Shown one piece after another: positions 36,160-47,546 of a DNA stretch of 64,000 nt. The position numbers and the translations under genes are program-made. Below the pieces are notes generated by a model, which was not told the origin of the DNA, did no database searches, and saw only the letters and a program-made list of their open reading frames with translations. The stretch is from contig CALSCP010001313.1 of NCBI GenBank assembly GCA_943704425.1, forward strand, positions 1 through 64,000. Reading direction: 5' to 3'. The DNA is from Ministeria vibrans ATCC 50519. Its lineage: Eukaryota; Protista; Filasterea. Every line of letters begins with the position of its first letter. Within the stretch, counting starts at the first letter, position 1.

Positions 36160-38646
36160 TCATTGCGGGTCCTGACCGACATTCCACACCAGGTCACCTG
36201 CACGCGCCTGACGGCAAAAAAACTGCCAAAGTTTGGCGTCGTAAGAGCGGACGGTTGCATAGGCGGGTTGGGCACGGGCGTCGTCGGTGAAGCGCTCGGG
36301 AGCAACAAGTAGACGGTAGCGGCCACGCAGCTCGGTGAGGTTCTCCTCGCGTATAGTACGGCCCACCTGGACCAAGACGAATTGAGCGTTGGGGAAGACA
36401 CGCCCAAGCGCCCGCGATAGGGCACCAGAGCCGGCAGTCACCCAGACGCGCGCCGGTGGCTGAGAGCGCAGTCGCTCGGGTAGCGCCGCGGATATGGCAG
36501 TAGCAAGGGCAGCGACAAAGACTTCAGCATCAAGGCCAAAGGGCAGAAGAGCGCCCACACAGTCGTGGCGGTGCGCATAGAGCTCACTGGTCGCCTGGAC
36601 GCGTTTCAGCGTGCCGCTGCGCCCCCGCGCATCGCTCACACTGTGTACATATCCGCCCGCGTCGACAGAGAGCTGTGTAAGGCGATGCAGAGGCGAGTGC
36701 TTCTCGACAAACACGGTCGCCCGAAAGCCGTACACTCCACCGGCAACGGCAAGCGCTACCTGTGCAAAACCGTGGGCAGGGCCGGCGTAGATGAGTTCAC
36801 GTACGGACCCAAGGTTCATTGCCGACAATGCCCGCTGCTTGGTTCCGCCTGGCAGCACTCCGTCCTGCACCAACAAAAAGGGCACATCGCCAACGCGGTG
36901 CTCCTCCACGCGCAGCTCAGGGTTCAGCTCCCCCGGCGTCTTCGGCAGCCCAACGTGTCCTGTCCACGTCTTACCACTGTTCTGCAGTGTCTCACGCTGA
37001 GGCTTGGACTTGTGGCCAAGCTCCGTCTGACGTTTGCCCGTCTCGACATCGTCAGCATCGTGGTGTCGTTGCCGTTTGCTCGCTACGACGTCGTCTGTGT
37101 CGGAAAGTCGTCGCTTGCGGCTGGTTTGCGCCGCTGTGAAACTCGCCTGTTCAACCACCATGGTGCATGTTCGCATGTCGTAATACTCAGCGACTTGTCG
37201 TACAAAGGCCGCCGCATGCGTATCCAGTGCCTCAATAGCACGCAAACGTGTTGTCCCCACTGTAGCAGCCCCGCCATCCTGCTTGCGCCAGATAGCAGAC
37301 GTGCGTGGGCGACCGTTCTTGGTACAGCCGGTGACAATGCGCACGAGGCATGAGCCCGGCAGTCCAGCCATTCCCGCTAGCAGCAGTGTGTCGGGCGCAC
37401 CTATTTCGGCGCGCTCGTCCCACTCGAGCACAAGATGCCCACCGTCAACAACCATCTTCCACGCGTGTAGTATCTCCGTCACAAAGAGATGCACAAGCCA
37501 GAAGGAACTCTCGTCGGCATTCGACCACGACGACCGACCTCCCGGGGCTGCTTCGGGCACATTCAGCAGGGCCACGTCAACATGCTCGTCCAAGCGCGGT
37601 ACATGAGCAGACAAGCGCGAGTAAGACACGCGAAAGTTACAAGCATTCGTGCCCAGATCCGCCAACAGGCGCTCGTGTCCCGGTCGCCAGCGGGTGTCGT
37701 TGCAGAAGGCTGTGATTCGGGAGGCTTTCAAAGCCGCGGCAGCCACAAGGACACTGCCGCTGCCCACGTTGCCCACGAGCAAGTGCTCCACATGATCGTG
37801 GCCTTGCCGACAAAGAGGCGCCATAACCGCCTCGTAGAATGACGCTTGCTCCGTCGTCCAGGGCATGTCGTGAGCCCGCAAAATCTCTTGCTTGACGAGT
37901 TCGTGGAGGTGCTCGCCGTTGCCGTGAGTATTGTTGGTCTCGAGACGCGTCAGTGCGGCACACACAGCAGCAGTGAGTTCGGTGCTCGAGGCGCGCCACA
38001 GCGTGTTCGCCGGTGCCGGTCCCCCGCGTGTGGTCTTCGCCACGTCAAAACGAGCAGACTCCTGGTAGCCGTCGAGAAGCATATCGAGTGAGGTTTCCTG
38101 CAGCCGCGGCGGTATGCTGAACAACAAGACGCCAAGAGGCAGAGCTGCTAAGGTAAAGGGCTGGAGCGGTAGACTCTTGGCGGCTGTCGCAGAATCAGTT
38201 TGAGCTTCGAGTGCATTCGCGGCGACCGCGGCGCGTCCCGAGAGCGTCTCAACGTCGAGTCTTTCAGCTTGCGCGACCGGAAACGAAGCGTCGCCCAACA
38301 AGAGTGCCTCTAGAAGCGGCGTGACGTACGCCTGAGTCGCTCCATTGCACAAGGACTTCAGCTGTTGCGCGTCACTCTGGCGCAGCGGGCGATGGTCGGC
38401 GACCCCCAAAGCGGCGACGCCGATGCGTACAATGTCCATCTGAAGCCGTTGGCGGCCGCCTGCGCTCGCACTCACGAGGGGCGGCGCTGTCTTGGCCAGA
38501 TGTGCCAGGATCGGCCACAGTTGCTCCATACTCTCACATCGACCAACCGCGTCGCGTTGCTCGGTAAACAGACTGGCCAGTTTCGGTACACTGACCATGT
38601 CCTTCACGCAGCGATCCAGCTCGCCGATAGCCCTGGCCAGTTGCAT
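36160..38646 (-). CDS. Intronless fusion: helical N-terminus + degenerate DNA amino-methyltransferase-like domain + fold-II PLP-dependent enzyme
   Basis: PLP domain VQDGVLPGGTKQRAL, YAGPAHGFAQVALA, VWVTAGSGALSRAL, YDAKLW, VWNVG; MTase-like LVGNVGSGSVLVAAA, VDVALLNVP, AWKMVVDGGHLVL. Confidence 0.7.
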   Translation of the reverse strand: MQLARAIGELDRCVKDMVSVPKLASLFTEQRDAVGRCESMEQLWPILAHLAKTAPPLVSASAGGRQRLQMDIVRIGVAALGVADHRPLRQSDAQQLKSLCNGATQAYVTPLLEALLLGDASFPVAQAERLDVETLSGRAAVAANALEAQTDSATAAKSLPLQPFTLAALPLGVLLFSIPPRLQETSLDMLLDGYQESARFDVAKTTRGGPAPANTLWRASSTELTAAVCAALTRLETNNTHGNGEHLHELVKQEILRAHDMPWTTEQASFYEAVMAPLCRQGHDHVEHLLVGNVGSGSVLVAAAALKASRITAFCNDTRWRPGHERLLADLGTNACNFRVSYSRLSAHVPRLDEHVDVALLNVPEAAPGGRSSWSNADESSFWLVHLFVTEILHAWKMVVDGGHLVLEWDERAEIGAPDTLLLAGMAGLPGSCLVRIVTGCTKNGRPRTSAIWRKQDGGAATVGTTRLRAIEALDTHAAAFVRQVAEYYDMRTCTMVVEQASFTAAQTSRKRRLSDTDDVVASKRQRHHDADDVETGKRQTELGHKSKPQRETLQNSGKTWTGHVGLPKTPGELNPELRVEEHRVGDVPFLLVQDGVLPGGTKQRALSAMNLGSVRELIYAGPAHGFAQVALAVAGGVYGFRATVFVEKHSPLHRLTQLSVDAGGYVHSVSDARGRSGTLKRVQATSELYAHRHDCVGALLPFGLDAEVFVAALATAISAALPERLRSQPPARVWVTAGSGALSRALGRVFPNAQFVLVQVGRTIREENLTELRGRYRLLVAPERFTDDARAQPAYATVRSYDAKLWQFFCRQARAGDLVWNVGQDPQ

Positions 38647-38748
38647 TTGAGAGAATAGAAGACGAAACAAAAAATTAATAATAATTATATATAAACGTAA
38701 TCATGATCTCAAATTAAAAAAGTAATAAATTCTTTGAACTTTTCTTGT

Positions 38749-39698
38749 ATGGCTGCAGAAGCTGCTCTCAAGTGGCTTGCTGAAGCATCGGGAGATCAAG
38801 CGCCGCCGCCCTTCAAGGCGAACACACAATGCATTGGTGCGCATCGCGAAGGGCCCTTTTCGCTAACCCACTCGATCAACTCTTTCTCTCTCTCACTTTG
38901 TAGAGCGACTGATGCGCTACGCACGACGCAACGAGAAGAAAGATCAGGAAGCCCGCGATGTCTTGTCCGTCATGCGGTCGCTCACGCACCACTATCAACT
39001 TCATGGTAACACCCAAAACAACAACGAAGTGCGTTTTTTACTTTTACTTTTTGAGTTCAGGCAAACGGTTAGACGGACTCCTGGCGCGAGCTGGCTTTGC
39101 GCTAGACACATTAGACGAGTCCACTCGAGAGTCTGTTGGTGAAGTTGCCTCTATGGCGGTGGCGGTGGGTGCGTCGACGAGCGAGACGACCTCCCTGGCA
39201 TCCGCAATAGTGCGTCTCCGCGTCGAACTGGCGCGACTCCAGCGCCACCAGTGTCAGCTGCAGCGCAACCTTGCCTATGTACGGCGAGAGCGATGCCGCG
39301 AAGACGAGCGTTTGCGGCAGTATGAGTGCGTGGCGTCCACTGAGGCGGCGCCTGCTGTGCCTTTTGGCGAGCAGTGCAAACGGTGGAACGGCGAGACGCG
39401 ATTCTTTCGAGGCAAACAGCAGCAGTACGAGCGACTGAGCGAGACGCACGAGAGCGAACTGGCAGCGCGCGCTCGTGTACATGGGGTGCCTTTGGACCAA
39501 TTGCAACACAGTGCTATAGTGGCGCTGAAACGGCAACTGCGTGAGCTGGAGACGGGTGCTGTTGCTGCAGTCCGGACACAACTAGATGCGTATGCGGCGC
39601 TGCCTGTCGATGCGAGTGGGGCACGCGCAGCGGTGGAGAGCGCGCGAGGGCGCTTGCGGGAGCTGGAGGACCGCATTCTGGCACGGATGGACTTGTAA
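38749..39698 (+). CDS. HAUS1: Augmin subunit HAUS1 (3 exons)
   Basis: KWLAEASGDQAPPPFKAN; VASMAVAVG..TSLASAI; LDAYAALPVDASGARAAVESARGRL. Confidence 0.75.
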
Positions 39699-39745
39699 AA
39701 AATTTATTATACTTTCAAAATGTGTGTACAACAACAGCTTCGGTT

Positions 39746-41110
39746 TCATTGGTGCGTTACAGTTTGTTTGTCAAAGAGGGAGGCGAATGAGGAGGAGGCG
39801 GAGGAACGAGCGCGAGAGACGACCTCCTTGGCGGGGATGGCGAGGGCACAGGGGTCTTCGTCATCAGGGCTGGAGGGGTTAGAGATGAAAGGATGCTTGT
39901 GCACGGCCGAAAGAGTGAGTCGCGCTGAAGGGGTGGGGACAAGCAGGCCCGCCAGGAGCGCACGCAAGTCAGGCGAGACATGATCGGGAATGGTGTACTG
40001 TGCGGCAATGAGAGCTTGCAGGCGCTCGGTGAGCTGCCCAGCGCTGAAGGGCGCGTGTCCGCAGGCCATGAAGAAGAGCAGTACGCCCAGCGACCATGCC
40101 TCGCTGCATTCGCCGTCGTAGGCCTCGCCCATCAGCATCTCCGGCGACGCATACTCTTGTGTGCCGCAGAAAGTATTGAGTTGCTTTTTGGACGACGAGT
40201 TTGGGTGGCAGAAGCCAAAGTCGCAGAGGACAACATTGAGGCGCATTTCGTCAAGCAGAATGTTATCGGGCTTGAGGTCGCGATGGACCACGTTGCGCTC
40301 GTGCATCCACTGAAGCGCACTCACAATATGTTGGGTGTAGTGGCGCGTGCGAGTCTCCGACAGTCGTCCAAGCGACCCGATTAGCGACAGAAGATCGCCA
40401 CCCGCGTAGTACGGCAAAATGAGCACAGTCTCGCCCACCGTCTCAATGACGTCGAGCAACGAGATGATGTGAGGGTGCGAGAGCAACCTCAATGCCTCAA
40501 TCTCGCGCCGCACCGACGTTTCCTGCTCTTCGTCGTGCATGCGCTTCCACCTTACAATCTTAGCGGCGACCTGAGCGAAGAGAGAAGGAGAGAGCGGTGT
40601 AAGTTGTGAGAGTAAAGAGTGGTGCGTCAGTGAGAAAGAGAGAGAGAGAGTGTGTGTGTGTGTGTATGTGTGCATGTATGTGCAATAGCGTGAGTGCTTA
40701 GTGTGTGTTTGTTTCGTGTGCAAGCGTGTAAGTGTGTGTGTATAGGAAAAAAATATAAAACGTTGCCAAGCCCCTTCCCACACAACGCCATTTGTACGAG
40801 TAACGTTGCAACACACTGTGTATCCAGTGAAACCCGAATGGAGCGATCGCCAATGGTGCGTAAGCGAGAGGGAGGAAAGTGTGAAAGGAAAAAAGCTGAA
40901 CTTTTAATTCTGCCTTCAAGAGCTTACCCTGTCGCCAGTCTCTGAATGGTATCCTAGTTTCACTTGATTACAACCCGTGCCAAGGGTAGTGCGTGTGATG
41001 AAGTAATTGCCAAACGTCTCGACAAAGTCATCTTCAAAACTTCCTGAATCTGTTGAAATGACACTGGAGAGACGCGTGAGCGTCGACGGCCGTCGAGTGG
41101 TGGTGTCCAT
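39746..41110 (-). CDS. CAMKL (AMPK/MARK-like) Ser/Thr kinase (2 exons)
   Basis: VKLGYHSETGDR|VAAKIV, REI, VVHRDLKPDNILL, DFGF, TFCGTQEYASPE. Confidence 0.9.
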
Positions 41111-41279
41111 AAAATGAAATACGTCTAAAGCTATGACGTTTAATTGAAAGAAAAAAAAAGAATAAACAAGAAATAAAAATAATTTCGATTGCGTTCGTTC
41201 TCGAAATTGAAAGTTCAAAGTCCGAAACTGAAAAGCTTAAAGTTACAAGCCACTTCTCACCTTATTTTGTTGCTTTATC

Positions 41280-43282
41280 ATGGATCAGGATGAAGGAAGT
41301 GCACCACCAGTGACGTGTAGTCACAAAGAAGCTATTCACTCGGCCATTGCTGCCCTCGAGTCGGACGACGAGGTCGACGATGAAGAAGAGCGGACAGACA
41401 CAACGCCAGGCGTCGCAGCCACGCCCGTCTTGCCACCGGATGTTGCCGAAATGGCCGCATGGCTTGAAGGTACCACGATTGATCGAAGGGGCGGCGGCGA
41501 AAGTGACGTGCCGGTCGCGTCTCTGGACGAACTTGTCGCCGCGGCACAACCGCCCTCCGCGAACACGCCCACAACCACCGCACGACAGCGCTCGACCGCT
41601 GCCGTTGTTGAAAATCAGGTTTGCCAGCGGTTGATGCGCCCCTTGCATGGCTCATTCTTCTTCTTGTCATTAGGTGTACGCCATCAAGAGGTTTGTGTTC
41701 AACGGCCAGCCTGTGGGCGTCATCACCCAGAACGAAAATGGGCCGTGTCCGCTCATCGCCGTGTGCAACAGTCTCATTCTACTGGGACGTATGTCGCTTT
41801 CACTGGACGCCCAGCACGTCACGTACGAGACGCTTGCCTCGATGCTGGGCGAAATCCTCATCCTCGGTGCGACGGGCGATGACCCTAACCACGCGCAGAA
41901 TATGAACGACTGCATCTCGGTGTTCCCCAAGCTGCAAACGGGTCTGGACGTGAACGTTCAGTTTGCAGGGTGCGACAAGTTTGAGTATACCTCAGAACTC
42001 ATCATCTTCGATATGCTGTCATTGCACCTGTACCACGGATGGACAGTGGACCCGCAGGAGACGGAGACGCACCGGGTCGTCGCCCCGCACTCGTACAACA
42101 CGCTCGTCTCGTGGGCCATTGGGCGGCAGGACGACGATGGTAAGGCACACGCACTGAGTGACGTAAACACACTGGTTCGTGTGTGATTGTGTGTGTGTCT
42201 TTGTGGTGCGTGTGTGTATTTGTGCCCGGTTCGGTTCTTTCTCTTTCGCTCACTTTTGTGCATCTGTCACTTTTTTTTTTCCTTCTCTTTCACTATATCT
42301 ATCTCTCTGTGTATCTTCCTTTCTCTCTATGTGCAGACAGTGAAGAGACGCGGGACGCACTGAGAGCACGCGAGTGGCTGAATGAGACGGCGAGTCAGTT
42401 GACGGTGCACGGGCTGTGCGAGCTGCAGCGCAAGGCGGGGACACAGGAGGTGTTTGTGCTGTTTCGCAACAACCACTTTAACACAGTGGTGAAGCGCACA
42501 GATACAGACGCACTGCTGGTTTTGGCGACAGACCAGGGCCTTGTTGATCAGCCCGTCTGCTGGGAGACTTTGGCGGGCGTCGACGGCGACTCGCAGTTTC
42601 TCACTGCTGACTATGCGCGCGTCAACCCCGACGCCATTCGCACGTCCGCCGCACGCCCCGGTGAGGGCGTACAGGCCAACGCAGAGTAAGAAGACTGACG
42701 TTTACCAGTGAATATGCCACCAACCACTAGTTGTGTAGCTATATGCTGGCACTGGAACTCCAACGCGAAGAGGAGCGACGAATGGCTCAGCCTCGCCAAA
42801 GGCAGAACAACACGGCGACGCCCGCTCCGACTGCCAATTCTAACCCTAACCCTAGCCCTAACCCTATTTCGAGTCCACATGCGACTGGTCGGGATGAGCC
42901 CCAGGGGGGTGTGGACCGGGGTCATGCACCACCCGTCGTGCCGCGGATGGGTGCAGATGCAGACCATGCTCTTGCAATGCGATTGCAACAGGAGGAGCAG
43001 GAACGCTTTCAGCAGCTGGAGATGCGCCGGCAGGAGCGCCATCGGCAGGAGATGGCTGCGCGCGCGCTAGCGCAGCTACAGGCCGAAGCAGACGCCTCTG
43101 CTGGTGGTGGTGGTGATGGTGGTGGTGGTGGTGGTGATATGACAGGAGCACAGGCGCAGCTGGTGCGATCGGCCATGGGCGACGGCGTTGGAGGGGAAGA
43201 CGAGGCGCCACCACCACCATACCACGCTTCGCCATCATCGTCGCAAGCGCCCAAGGACAAGGGTGGCTGTGCAATCCAATAA
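41280..43282 (+). CDS. MINDY1: MINDY1/2-type deubiquitinase with MIU motifs and CaaX (CAIQ)
   Basis: ITQNENGPCPLIAVCN, LQTGLDVNVQF, LYHGWTVDPQ, VLFRNNHF, DHALAMRLQQEE. Confidence 0.9.
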
Positions 43283-43370
43283 ACACACACACGCACACGC
43301 ATACCTCTTACTCCTCTCTTTCTCTCTCTCTCAATATGTGTGTATGTCGGTGTTTTTCATTCGAGTATTG

Positions 43371-44070
43371 TTACATGGTGAGAGCCTTTGGAGCGTGCTC
43401 GCCCGGCGCCACTCCGGTCATCTCGTCGGTCGCTCGCTTCGCATTGAGCTCCTCGTGGAATGCATCGAGCGGTCGACGCATCGCAAAGGCGTCTTCGCCA
43501 TCACCATAGTATTTCTTTTCGGTCTACACTCCACAATGTATATAATTAAGAATCAAAACAATGTTAATGATAAAAAGACGACTGGCACGAAGACCCATCC
43601 TTACGTCCATGATGGTGTACCCGAGGGTGTCACGGTACAAATGCAGGGCGGCACGGTTGCTGACGCGCACGTGCAGCGAGCAGTACTGTGCATTGTACGA
43701 TTCAACCATGGCCAGACAGCTCTGGTCCATGAGCCGCTGGGCCAGGCCAAGGCGACGGTGAGAGCGCGCAACCTGACACAGAAGAAATCGCTTAGTCCGT
43801 CAGAGTCTCTTCGTTTCGAGCTCCTTACCGCCAAACTCGTGATATGTCCATGCGGCAGTCCACCCCCCTCTTCGTCCTCCTCCATTTTCGCCAGTACCTG
43901 CGCAACGAGCAGAGAGAAGGTCAAAAAGACGACAAAAAAAAAAAGCATGCGATATGCATTTCGGGTCGCGTACATAGCCCACAATGCGCCCATCTTCGTT
44001 CTCGGCAATGAATGATAACTGTGGCCAGCTGAGGGCATGATAGAGGTAATATTTGAAGCCGTAATTCTGC

Positions 44071-44106
<36 letters not shown>

Positions 44107-44345
44107 ATCAGAAAGGACAAAAATCAACGAAGAATGGTCGAAGAAGCAGACGATCAGAGGAGTGGAGACAACACGTGAAAGATTAGAATGCAAAGAGGGA
44201 GGTGGGTGGGCGTGTGTGCAGGTGTGCGTGAGTGTGTGCGTATGAGTCGATCAATCAACGGAGTATTTACTTCTGGCAGGCACAGCGTGTTGGCGTGCTG
44301 CATATTCAGCAGAGATGTTGGGTCGGCTCTTTTTATAGTCAACAT
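43371..44345 (-). CDS. NAA10: N-alpha-acetyltransferase 10 (NatA catalytic subunit)
   Basis: [11 protein letters not shown]|[62 protein letters not shown]. Confidence 0.95.
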
Positions 44346-44617
44346 TGTGTAGACGGTGAAGAGAGAAGAAAGAAAAGTTTGAACTTGAGTCTTCAACTCT
44401 TGATTAAAATTCTCCATCAACAAATTATCATTGATAATAATTACAAAATGCCAATGCAAGTTGATCTGAGTGTCTCTTACTACAATTTACACACTAAAAC
44501 TTTAGACTTAAACAAGTTTTCTTAAAGCAAAAAAGGTCAAATCTATTGGTTTGATAACTCCTTTTGAGTGATGTTCTTTTGTACAAATCAAATACAAGTC
44601 AGTCGTTCGTTAACGAC

Positions 44618-44713
44618 TCACAACAAATCGAAATCGTCGAGCTTGTCGTTGTAGCGCATGACATGCTTGCGCACCTTGGAGTCGTCCGCCCAGGTCACAT
44701 AGTCCTCGAAATT
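44618..44713 (-). CDS. Orphan terminal exon of an unidentified gene
   Basis: cag|NFEDYVTWADDSKVRKHVMRYNDKLDDFDLL*; coding-like codon usage; no upstream exons found adjacent. Confidence 0.65.
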   Translation of the reverse strand, partial: NFEDYVTWADDSKVRKHVMRYNDKLDDFDLL

Positions 44714-44794
44714 CTGACACAAAAAAAGTAGGATGAGCAATCTTTTTCAGGCTCAAGACATTCATAACAATAATTATATCTATTATTTTGTTTT

Positions 44795-44940
44795 CCCTTC
44801 TCTATCACTTTGTTTCTCTCCCCTCATTTCTCTCTCTCTCTCTCTCTCACTTTGTTTCTTTCTCCCTAAACTCTCTCTCTCTCTCTCTCTCTCTATCACT
44901 TTGTTTTTTTCTCCCTCCTTTCTCTCTCTCTCTCTCGCTC
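44795..44940. repeat. TCTCTATCACTTTGTTTC/(CT)n repeat, inverted relative to 1-138
   Basis: Reverse complement of the GAAACAAAGTGATAGAGA core at the window start. Confidence 0.9.
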
Positions 44941-44947
44941 TCGTTAG

Positions 44948-45972
<1,025 letters not shown>

Positions 45973-46010
45973 AAACGAAGCTTCTTCCTGCCTCTCTTCT
46001 TCCTTTACTG

Positions 46011-47093
46011 TTACAGCTTTGATTTCGATCGCGATGTCACAAATTCCAGAATCGCATTGGCAGATTCCTCAGAACTATACCTACAACAAACAAAACAAAA
46101 ATTAGTGTGTCACGAATGTATGTGTATCCTGGCGCGAAATGCAAAGGCGCACCGCTTAGCGAGAAGCACACATTCACGCTCATTGACGCGCGTAAGAGTG
46201 CCGCGCAGCTCAGTCTGCAGCAGTGCTTTGGCGTCGAGCAGCGCACCCGCAGCCAGCCCCTCGAGCATTGCAAGACGCGCATTGAATTCGCGCTGAAAAA
46301 AAGACAAACGCCCCCCGTTGTGTATGTGTCACCAGTAGTGCATTGTCGCTCTGCATGTGAGACTGGGGTACCTGAAAAGAATCAACGGGAAACACTTCGC
46401 TGACAAGACCACAGGAAAGCGCTTCGGTTGCGCTGAGAGTACGACCACGCAGAAGCACATCGTTGGCCAGCGCACGGCCCATCAGCAGGGGAAAGGTGTA
46501 GGAGGAGCACGCCTCGGGCGACTGCGCCAGCTTCATGAACGGCGTCATAAAAGTCGCCGTTGAGCTCGCATACACGTGGTCCGATAGTCCCAGAAGCGTC
46601 ACGCCCACACCGACGGCCGGCCCATTCACCCCGACGCACACAAGCTTGGTGCAATTGATGAAGGCCAGGGCAAAGCGCCTGAAGCGGCTCACCCCTTCGT
46701 CCATCAGCTGAGCCGGGTCGCCTCCTTTCATCATTAGCTCCATGGATGCCTTCAAGTCGTTGCCCGCCGTGAAGTACTTGCCTTCGCCCGTGATGGCCTG
46801 GATGGAACGACGATCAAAAAAAAGAGCAGTTCGACGCTGCCTATTGGGAAGTTCCGTCGTACCACAATAGTAATGCCTGCCTCGCTGGATGCGTAATTCA
46901 ACACATTCGTAATGTCCTCGTACACTTCCGAGTTGATCGCATTGTACTTCTGCGAGAATAGGATGAGACGGATCATAATTCGCAAAGGGTTGAGTTTGTT
47001 ATTATTCACCTTTGGTCGAGACAGCGTCAATTTTAGAACCGATCCTTTCCTTTCCACCACGACATTCGAACTAAATAGCGGTGGGGGTGACAT
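46011..47093 (-). CDS. Peroxisomal enoyl-CoA delta isomerase (ECI2-like crotonase) with PTS1
   Basis: LTLSRPK|KYNAIN, GVNGPAVGVGVTLL, QSPEACSSYTFP; spliced C-terminus SRSKSKL*. Confidence 0.88.
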
Positions 47094-47546
47094 CACACTG
47101 GTTCACAAAGAAAAGTGAAGATCAGATAACAGATTAAAATTGTCCATTTCGAAATTCGAATCAGTATTCAGTAATTTTCATTATATTATTTAGCAGGTAC
47201 GAACACCCTCCTTCTTCTTTGTGTCCTTCTCCTTCCCCATTCTTTCGTGACATGTGAAGATGTGGTGTTCCTCTGGCTTCTGCACGCACTCTTGATTGTC
47301 AACTGGTTTTTTTTTGCTCTCTTTTTTGACATGTCACTCCCTTTTCCCTTTTTTTTTGCGAAATCGCTGTCTAAATTCCACGCCCGCACCTGTCAATGTA
47401 CCATCTGCATGCCATTATTTAATTTCCATGGCGAACCGCGCGGCGGACGCTCTTATTTGGCGTTTTATCGCTACTGTGTTTTTTTTTGTTTGAACTTGGA
47501 ACTCACAAACACAAAAAAAAAACAAAAAACACTCAATAGGACGGAG

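Noticed and set aside
42838-42866. (CCCTAA)n telomere-like tract
   Set aside because: Short, imperfect and in frame within MINDY, encoding NPNPSPNP
47247-47546. 100-aa N-terminal extension of the NNT ORF
   Set aside because: T-rich, promoter-like sequence; ATG 47547 gives a normal mitochondrial presequence
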